Below are positions 51,801 to 61,300 of a stretch of DNA of 64,000 nt, one piece after another; the stretch's first letter is position 1; each line of letters begins with the position of its first letter. The notes under the pieces were generated by a model. It saw only the letters and a list, made by a program, of their open reading frames with translations. It was not told the origin of the DNA and searched no databases. The translations under genes were made by a program, and so were the position numbers. Source of the DNA: Balanoglossus misakiensis (lineage: Eukaryota; Animalia; Hemichordata); the NCBI GenBank assembly GCA_040954595.2, contig CM082593.2, forward strand, positions 11,359,477 through 11,423,476, written 5' to 3'.

Positions 51801-52070
51801 GTGTCACATGTTTACATGTACACAGCGTTAGATCATTATGTTGTTGTTGTTGTTGTTGTTGTTCCATTTTTTCTTAAGATATAATAAACAGATGTTAAAA
51901 AAAAAAAAAAAAATGATTCACCCACAGCTATTCAGTTCCTATAAAACATGTTTTTCTTTTTTAATTTTGCTTGGACATGCAACGATGCATGAATTCAAAT
52001 GGACTGACAAAAAGTAATATAGTCAGTTCCAAGAACATGAAAAAATTTCAACAACAGTCTAAATATGATT

Positions 52071-52691
52071 TCACAAATGCTGAGCAACACCATGTTTGTT
52101 CCAGCATCCAAAATGGAAATGTATTGTCACTGTCTCGGCTGATTTCCTGTATCTGACAATCATAGGTTTATCTTCGGTGCAGATAACTTCCACCCGCTTA
52201 CCCTTTACTGTCTTCACCAGAAGTTGTTGGTTTTCATAGTTGACACCTCTACCCAGCACGTAATTCACTTTGTTGATCCAGGTAAATCGAAAGGTAGCAA
52301 TACATGGAGTTTCCCGATCATAAATTCCCATTGAATTACGGGTGGCGCACTTTCGAAATACATCGAAAACTTCCATAGGAACATTCCTACCAAAACTGCA
52401 CTTCCATGGGTTGCGCACTGAGGGTGATGGCTTCATTCTCTGCATAATTGTTGAGCGCCAGTGACGCATCTCCCGTTCGAATACAGGATACACCGGAATC
52501 TGCTGTATCTTCGCAAGCTCCACCATCGTTGCACTACGTTTGCGAACTGTTACATCAACAGCAGCATCGAGATCATCAAAACAATCATGTAGGTTGATCG
52601 AACGGTCGATATTTGTCCTCAATAACTGAAATTTGGCCTCACGCAGCTTACGTTTCACTGTTTTAGAAACATCGATCATGGACGCCGCCAT
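52071..52691 (-). CDS. Uncharacterised 206-aa transposon partner protein, convergent with the transposase
   Basis: Uninterrupted ORF with start context CAAAATGGCG 105 bp inside the right terminus; globular-looking sequence (WKCSFGRNVPMEVF, FHFGCWNKHGVAQH); no kelch or PHD pattern. Confidence 0.7.
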   Translation of the reverse strand: MAASMIDVSKTVKRKLREAKFQLLRTNIDRSINLHDCFDDLDAAVDVTVRKRSATMVELAKIQQIPVYPVFEREMRHWRSTIMQRMKPSPSVRNPWKCSFGRNVPMEVFDVFRKCATRNSMGIYDRETPCIATFRFTWINKVNYVLGRGVNYENQQLLVKTVKGKRVEVICTEDKPMIVRYRKSAETVTIHFHFGCWNKHGVAQHL

Positions 52692-52759
52692 TTTGTATAT
52701 ACGATGCTAGGAACGTGACCCCAGCGTATGACCTCAATTAACATATTTCCGCTTCGCGG

Positions 52760-52796
52760 AATAGCGGACAAATGAACACACTTCTGGGCCGCAGTG
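52760..52796 (-). repeat. Right bipartite terminal inverted repeat
   Basis: Reverse complement CACTGCGGCCCAG-N11-TTTGTCCGCTATT. Confidence 0.8.
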
Positions 52797-55700
52797 CTGC
52801 ATTTTTGGAGTGGTCGAAAGTTTTAACATACAATCAACATGTCATATATGATCAGGGCACCAAATTCGAAGAACAAAGGTTTTTTTATTTTTTTTCTAAA
52901 AATGACATTTTCAAGGAAAATTTGGTAAAACGCAATTTCGTCTGCAGTGAGCCAAATTAGACTGTATTTTGTGGAATTTGTATCGATATATACATACGAA
53001 GAGCATTCTATACTCCATCAGATTTCCGAAAATGTAGAAAACAGGTATTTTTTGTAATTTTCAAAAATTTACCATTTTGACCAAATTGTGGCTAAAATTG
53101 TTATTTTCGTGTTGAATGCCGCCAGTGTCACTGCTTTTAAAAGTCATCAAAACTTTTAACATACAAGCAATTGTTTATATATGATCAGGTCACCGAATTA
53201 AAAAAATAAAGAATGTTTTCCCTAAAAATGACCTTTTTGGTGCAAAAACGAATAAAACGCAATTTTGTATTAAATCAGCTCATTCAGAGTGCATTTTTTA
53301 TAATCAGCACCATTTTTTACATATAATGGAAATTTCATACATCATCAGATATCCAAATATGAAAAAATGATTTAGATTTTAGATGATTGTCCAAAATTAG
53401 CTGATATCTAATAAATGTAGTATTGAACCGTTCCGTCCCCCCCCCCCCCCCCCTACATTATATGCGGTACGCCGATGTCAGCTTACCCGGCAGTACTGCA
53501 GGCCGTGCCCCCAACTAACGTCGGTGTTTGAAACGCCCTGGTTAAATTCGGGCTCTCTCTATAAATTGACAGGCAATAATGCAGTCCTACCCGAACAAAT
53601 GTCGAGTGTTGACCCGCTGTGACTTTCCCTCTTCGGTTTGCCCGACTTAGCCAACGTCTTTGTACTAGAGTGTCGGGTCTTTTGCAGAGCCAGGCCGAAG
53701 GAAATCCGAGTAGATCAACGTGGTCTCTGTACGCGTGTTTCTGCTCTAGAGTGTCGGGTCATTTGCAGAGCCAGGCCTAAGGAATTACGACTTGATCAAC
53801 GTTGCTAACGAACGCTAGTGTCTGTCATGGTGTGCCGGGGTTTTAGTCGAGCCAGGCCGTAGGAGATCTGACTTGATCATCGTGGTCAATGTACGCGTGT
53901 TTCCGCTCTAAAGTGCCGGGGCTTCAGCTAAACCAGGCCGTAGGAAATCCGACGTAATCACCGTTGATAACTTCCGCCAGTCTGTGTCATATAGAGCCGG
54001 TGCACCAGCCGAGTCACGCCGTAGGAAATCTGACTTGATCAACGTGGTCAATGTACGCCTGTTTCTGCTCTAGAGTGCAGGGGCTTCAGCTAAACCAGGC
54101 CGTAGGAAATCCGACGTAATCACCGTTGATAACTTACGCCAGTCTGTGTCATATAGAGCCGGTGCACCAGCCGAGTCACGCCGAAGGAAATGTGAGTAGA
54201 TCATCGTGGTCTCTGTACGCGTGTTTCTGGTCTATAGTGCCAGGGCTTTAGCCAAGCCATGCCGTAGGAAATATGACTTGATCAACGTTGCTTACTAACG
54301 CTAGTGTCTGTCATAGTGTGCCGGGGTTTTAGTCGAGCCAAGCCGTAGGAGATCAGACTTGATCAACGTGCTCTCTGTACGCGTGTTTCTGCTCTAGAGT
54401 GCCGGGGCTTTATCCAAGCCATGCCGTAGAAAATCTGACTTGATCACCGTTGCTAACGTACGCTAGTGTCTGTCATATTGTGATGGAGATTTAGCCGAGC
54501 CAGGCAGTAGAAAAATCGACTTGTTCAACGTTAACAGTGTGCAACTGTTTCTGCTCTAGAGTGCAGGGGCTTCAGCTAAACCAGGCCGTAGGAAATCCGA
54601 CGTAATCACCGTTGATAACTTACGCCAGTCTGTGTCATATAGAGCCGGTGCACCAGCCGAGTCACGCCGTAGGAAATCTGACTTGATCAACGTGGTCAAT
54701 GTACGCCTGTTTCTGCTCTAGAGTGCCGGGGCTTCAGCTGAGCCAGGCCGTAGGAAACCCGACGTGATTACCGTTGTTAACTTACGCCAGTCTGTGTCCT
54801 ATATGTAGTGCCGGGGCATCAGCCGTGCCAGGCCGAAGGAAATGTGAGTAGATCATCGTGGTCTCTGTACGCGTGTTTCTGGTCTATAGTGCCAGGGCTT
54901 TAGCCAAGCCATGCCGTAGGAAATATGACTTGATCAACGTTGCTTACTAACGCTAGTGTCTGTCATAGTGTGCCGGGGTTTTAGTCGAGCCAAGCCGTAG
55001 GAGATCAGACTTGATCAACGTGCTCTCTGTACGCGTGTTTCTGCTCTAGAGTGCCGGGGCTTTATCCAAGCCATGCCGTAGAAAATCTGACTTGATCACC
55101 GTTGCTAACGTACGCTAGTGTCTGTCATATTGTGACGGAGATTTAGCCGAGCCAGGCAGTAGAAAAATCGACTTGTTCAACGTTAACAGTGTGCAACTGT
55201 TTCTGCTCTAGAGTGTCAGGGTTTTAGCCGACTTATGCTGTAGGAAATCTGAGTTGATGAACGGGAATTCAATGTTAGAAAACCCGTGTGGAAGGTATCT
55301 CTACCCGTTTGAAACTAAGAAAAGAATTTATTCTTATTTATTTTGTAAAAAAGACAATTTTTCGAGAGAAAAAAAGTCGAAAATGGTAATTTTGTCTTGG
55401 GTGATTCAAATTATACCGCCTTTTCTGGAATTTGCAGCACTTTTTACAAGAGAACGACACTTCATGCTCCATAACATTTCCGAAAATGAAGAAAAGAGTT
55501 AATTTTTTAGGATTTTTCAAAAATTTACCATTTTTGTCAAAATATGGCCAAAATGGCTATTTTTACTTGAATTCCGTCAATATCTTTGCATTTTTGGAGT
55601 GGTCGAAAGTTTTAACATACAATCAACATGTCATATATGATCAGGGCACCAAATTCGAAGAACAAAGGTTTTTTTTATTTTTTTTTCTAAAAATGACATT

Positions 55701-57841
55701 TTCAAGGAAAATTTGGTAAAACGCAATTTTGTCTGCAGTGAGCCAAATTAGACGGTCTTTTGTGGAATTTGTATCGATATATACATACGAAGAGCATTCT
55801 ATACTCCATCAGATTTCCGAGAATGTAGAAAACAGGTATTTTTGTAATTTTCAAAAATTTACCATTTTGTCCAAATTGTGGCTAAAATTGTTATTTTCGT
55901 GTTGAATGCCGCCAGTGTCACTGCTTTTAAAAGTCATAAAAACTTTTAACATACAAGCAATTGTTTATATATGATCAGGTCACCGAATTAATAAAATAAA
56001 GAATGTTTTGCCTAAAAATGACCTTTTTGGTGCAAAAACGAATAAAACGCAATTTTGTATTAAATCAGCTCATTCAGAGTGCATTTTTTATAATCAGCAC
56101 CATGTTTACATATAATGGAAATTTCATACATCATTAGATATCCAAATATGTAAAAATGATTTAGATTTTAGATGATTGTCCAAAATTAGCTGATATCTAA
56201 TAAATGTAGTATTGAACCGTTCTGTTCCCCCCCCCTACATTATATGCGGTACGCCGATGTCAGCTTACCCGGCAGTACTGCAGGCCGTGCCCCCAACTAA
56301 CGTCGGTGTTTGAAGCGCCCTGGTTAAATTCGGGCTTTCTCTATAAATTGACGGGCAATAATGCAGTCCTACCCGAACAAATGTCGAGTGTTGACCCGCT
56401 GTGACTTTCCCTCTTCGGTTTGCCCGACTTAGCCAACGTCTTTGTACTAGAGTGTCGGGTCTTTTGCAGAGCCAGGCCGAAGGAAATCCGAGTAGATCAA
56501 CGTGGTCTCTGTACGCGTGTTTCTGCTCTAGAGTGTCGGGTCTTTGGAGAGCCAGGCCTAAGGAATTCCGACTTGATCAACGTTGCTAACAAACGCTAGT
56601 GTCTGTCATGGTGTGCCGGGGTTTTAGTCGAGCCAGGCCGTAGGAGATCTGACTTGATCATCGTGGTCAATGTACGCGTGTTTCCGCTCTAAAGTGCCGG
56701 GGCTTCAGCTGAGCCAGGCCGTAGGAAACCCGACGTGATTACCGTTGTTAACTTACGCCAGTCTGTGTCCTATATATAGTGCCGGGGCATCAGCCGTGCC
56801 TGGCCGAAGGAAATGTGAGTAGATCAACGTGGTCTCTGTACGCGTGTTTCTGCTCTAGAGTGCCAGGGCTTTAGCCAAGCCATGCCGTAGGAAATCTGAC
56901 TTGATCAACGTTGCTAACGAACGCTAGTGTCTGTCATAGTGTGCCTGGGTTTTAGTCGAGCCAAGCCGTAGGAGATCAGACTTGATCAACGTGGTCTCTG
57001 TACGCGTGTTCCTGCTCTAGAGTGCCTGGGCTTTATCCAAGCCATGCCGTAGAAAATCTGACTTGATCACCATTCCTAACGTACGCTAGTGTCTGTCATG
57101 TTGTGACGGAGATTTAGCCGAGCCAGGCCGTATAAAAATCGACTTGTTCAAAGTTACCAGTGTGCAACTGTTTCTGCTCTAGAGTGTCAGGGTTTTAGCC
57201 GACTTATGCTGTAGGAAATCTGAGTTGATGAACGGGAATTCAATGTTAGAAAACCCGAGTGGAAAGTATCTCTACCCGTTTGAAACTAAGAAAAGAATTT
57301 ATTCTTATTTATTTTGTAAAAAAGACAATTTTCCGAAAAAAAGTCGAAAATGGTAATTTTGTCTTGGGTGATTCAAATTATACCGCCTTTTCTGGAATTT
57401 GCAGCACTTTTTACAGAGAACGACACTTCATGCTCCGTAATATTTCCGAAAATGAAGAAAAGAGTTAATGTTTTATGATTTTTTAAAAATTTACCATTTT
57501 TGTCAAAATATGGCCAAAATGGCTATTTTTTCTTGAATTCCGTCAATATCTCTGCATTTTTGGAGTGGTCGAAAGTTTTAACATACAATCAACATGTCAT
57601 ATATGATCAGGGCACCAAATTTGAAGAACAAAGGTTTTTTTTTTTTATTTCTAAAAATGACATTTTCAAGGAAAATTTGGTAAAACGCAATTTTGTCTGC
57701 GGTGAGCCATATTAGACTGTCTTTTTTGGAATTTGTATCGATATATACATACGATAAGCATTTTATACTCCATCAGATTTTCGAAAATGTAGAAAACGGG
57801 TATTTTTTCTAATTTTCAAAAATTTACCATTTTGACCAAAT
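52797..57841. repeat. Macro-tandem repeat: units of 2789 bp and 1966 bp plus a truncated third unit
   Basis: GCATTTTTGGAGTGGTCGAAAG at 52799, 55588 and 57554; each unit has an AT-rich part, a poly-C tract and an array of about 81-bp subrepeats. Confidence 0.92.
53666..55250. repeat. About 81-bp diverged subrepeat array, about 20 units (about 10 units at 56447-57230)
   Basis: TAGAGTG(C/T)CGGG...CCAGGCCGTAGGAAATCTGACTTGATCAACGT recurs with 80-82 bp period. Confidence 0.85.
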
Positions 57842-58161
57842 TGTGGGGAAGTATCGTGGCAGTGATCAATACTCCCGGGAGGGGGTTCGAGTATACTGAC
57901 GTCGGAAAAGAAGCGAACGATTCAGTGCTAGGTAAAACACTGGTTTATTACCATCTGAATCCAACAACAAAGTAACACCACAGAGCTCCTTACAAAATGC
58001 TGCCCGAAAGCGCCAAAACTGGGTTATATATAAGTCCCACGAACGCCGGAGCAAACACTCAACAATTACAATAAATCTGCTACAAGTTTGGCGGGAAACA
58101 AAGTCAACTCTGATAGATCCGTCACGTGATCCTTCTGGAGTAAATCTCTCACTTCTCCATA
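57842..58161 (-). repeat. 3' LTR (320 bp) of the BEL/Pao element; PPT at 58162-58170
   Basis: Minus strand GGGGGAGAA then TATGGAGAAGT...ACTTCCCCACA (terminal inverted repeat, TG apparently mutated to TA); TATATAA at about 58025 and AATAAA at about 57944. Confidence 0.8.
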
Positions 58162-58333
58162 TTCTCCCCCGCGCAAAGGAAAGTCTCGAAAATCATCAGA
58201 AAAAAAAACATTAAATAACATGAAATATGATTAAAGTCACCTAAAGTGTTCAAGGATAATAAACTAATGTTCATTGTGTCAGTAAACATGATAACAGTCA
58301 CAATGCGATCGAAATTGTTTTCCAATTTCAAAG

Positions 58334-61300
58334 TCAAATAGAGAGATCCGCTATTCGTACTCGAGCGGCAACTGCAGAGTCTCTGACAGGTCGTCTCGGG
58401 GGTACAACATCCGCCTTCACCGAGGAATCTTCAGAGGCTCCAGCTGTGTCGACTGTTTCAGTATTCGTGTTGGAATCTGCTCCAATACCTGTATTATCTC
58501 CAGACACAATTGACAGCTCCTTGGAGACAACTTCCAATGGGTACAATTTATGGATAGGTCGGTTTGTAGGACCACCTGCGGTGTTCAACTCCGCAGATCG
58601 TACCAGTTTATTATTACCGAAGATCAACCTTGTTACAGTTCCTAAATGCCATTTCGGACGTTTGTCAGTGTCACTGTGTATTATCACGACATCTCCGACC
58701 TTGATGACATTATCACGAGTTCCTTTGGTGGGATGTCGTTCACGTAGGGCAGTCAGATACTCGGACGACCATCTTCGCCAAAATTGATCGTGTAATCTTG
58801 ATAGATGTTCATATCTTTTGTTGATTTCACGATTATCACAGTAAGATGGGTCAATCACCTCTTCGTCGGTGATCTCGATGTACGGCAATGAGGTCAGTGT
58901 CCTGCCATGTAGCAAGTGATTTGGGGTCAATCCAATGTTGTCGTTTATACTAAATGACACGTACGTTAACGGCCTGTCGTTTAAAACGGCTTCAGTTTCA
59001 GTCACAACTGTTGCGAGTTCATCAAAGGTTAGGTAAGCTCGACCGAGAGTTTTCCTAATAGCGTTCTTTGTCAAAGCAATCAGCCTCTCCCAGAAGCCAC
59101 CAAACCAGGGCGCGCGCTTCGGTATAAACGTCCATTGTACACGGTGTGCGGCGAGAAAGTCATTTACTTCTGGCGTATCAAACAGTGTTTTGATTTCATT
59201 GGCAGCCGATAAATAAGTCGATGCGTTGTCTGACAGCATCCTACTCGGCAAAGAACGTCTCGCGGCGAATCTTCTGAACGCGTGCATGAACGTCTGGGTT
59301 GACATATCAGGAACCAGTTCTAGGTGAATGGCACGCGTCACCGCACAGGTGAATAAACAGATATAGGCTTTGGCACGTGTCCCATCTTTGGCCTTGGTAT
59401 AAAGATGACCCGTGAAATCCACGCCTGTTACAGTAAATGCTGGGACAATGTTCACTCGATAACTTGGTAGCGGCGCTTGCACTGGATTCGCGTAAGGTTT
59501 CCCGGTAACTTTGTTGCAAATGACACAACCACGTAAGACACCGCGTACAATAATCTGAATTTTGGGGATCAAATATCTTTGCCTTATCTGTGTCACTGTA
59601 GATTGGACTCCCTGGTGAAGCGTCAGTTCGTGTGATTTCCGTATTATCAAATTTGTCAATTTATGATGCGAGGGTATCAAGGCGGGAAATCTTGTGACGA
59701 AATCGATCGGCGCGTTATGGATTCTACTCCCACAGCGAAGTACGTCTTCTTCGTCAACAAATAAGTTCAGTTGTCGAACAATGGGCGCACATTTACTCAA
59801 GTTCAATTTCACAGACTGGATTTCGGCGTCATAGAACTGCCGTTGAATATGTTTAACCCACATATTTTCCGCTCGGTGCAGCTCATCAGGGGTAATTCTC
59901 CCGTGTTTCACCTCGGTAGATTTTTTCATCCGTGCGATGAATCTGAGGACATAACTTGTCACTCGTAATAGCCTATCCAAGTTGTTGAATCTGGAAATGT
60001 CAACAACGTGTTGAATTCCGTAGTCATTGGGACTGGTAATTTCCAGATTTTCGCGATCTGTACATCGTCTGGCTTTGGGGGGAGCGAGTATTTCTGCCTT
60101 CTCGGTAGACTGATCGTTGATTCCGTTGCCGAAACGCGGCGGCAATCTGTCCGTCTCATCTGGTTCGATTGCGGTATGCATCACATTAACATCAAACGCT
60201 GGGCAACTAGGCCAATCGCTTGTCTTTAGCCATGTTGGTCCATTACGCCATAGTTCAGAGCGTTCCATCATTTCGTAGGTTACCCCTCTGGTTAAAAGAT
60301 CAGCTGGGTTGTGTTCTGATGGGCAGTATTTCTTTGTGGACTGAAATTCGCGAATTTCATCTACTCGATTCTTCACAAACACCGGAAGTCTCTTCTCACT
60401 GTTCAGCCAGTGAAGGACAATTTGGCTGTCACTCCATAAATAACAACGAACTATGTCATATTTGGAGGACAGGGCTTCTTTAGCGTACTTGCTGAGACGT
60501 GTGGCTATTAACGCAGCCATCAATTCCAGTCGCGGGAGTGTAGTTTCAGCCACTGGTGCGGTTCTAGTCTTCGCCATCACAAACGACGTTTGCTGTCCTC
60601 TTTTCAAATACACTACTGCCCCATACGCTCTCTGGCTTGCGTCTGCAAAGGCGTGTAGCTCGCATTCATTGTCGCCTTCAAGTTCATCAAAATATTGTCG
60701 TTCGATCTTCGTGTTTCGCGAGTCTTTGAGATCTTCTGCGATGTGCATCCATTGAGTGTAGAGATCTGCGTTGATAGGTTCATCCCAGTCTAATTCCAGT
60801 TTCCATAGTAACTGAATGAACAATTTGGCTTTGATCATTACAGGGGCGAGAAATCCAAACGGATCAAATAGCATCGCCACATAGCTGACAATGTCACGTT
60901 TGGTCACGAGTTCGGCACGCGACGACATATTAACCACTTTGGAGTAAGTCAATTCGTCAGATTTTGTTGACCACTGCATTCCCAAAACGGATACATCTTC
61001 GGTGGGTTCGTTCAGATTGTCACATGTAGCGAGTTCGTTTATTTGTTGACAGTTGGAAGACCATGCTCTGAGTTTGAATCCGCCTGATGTCATCAACTCA
61101 TTGGCTTCATGGTAGTATTTCATGGAGTTTTCTGCAGTATTTTTTTTTATTTATTTATTACACAGATCAACGGGCAAACCCACTTACAGATCTGGGAAAC
61201 AATAAAAACAATTAAGTCACAAAACAAAAATTAACTGAAAAACAAGACACCAAAAAAGTAACACATGTCACGTAAAATATAAATACAAATCAAGGAACAG

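Larger units (their letters stand above)
46932..51911 (+). mobile_element. Full-length Tx1-clade (L1 group) non-LTR retrotransposon
   Basis: Two intact ORFs, AATAAA then poly(A) at about 51897-51911, perfect 17-bp TSD AATGATTCACCCACAGC at 46915-46931 and 51912-51928. Confidence 0.93.
42214..52796 (+). mobile_element. Two-gene cut-and-paste DNA transposon with RAG1/Transib-like transposase, CAC...GTG ends and 3-bp CTG duplication (about 5.6 kb without the Tx1 insert)
   Basis: Left end CACTACAGCCCAG, right end (reverse complement) CACTGCGGCCCAG; CTG at 42211-42213 and 52797-52799; ends coincide with the borders of two tandem arrays; encloses a DDE ORF and a convergent ORF. Confidence 0.8.

Noticed and set aside
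52071-52691. RAG2-like gene call
   Set aside because: Position fits, but there are no kelch GG repeats or PHD finger and it is too short.
53455-53665. Possible tRNA, 5S, snRNA or ribozyme in the macro-repeat
   Set aside because: No A/B box, cloverleaf, Sm site or hammerhead core could be identified by eye.
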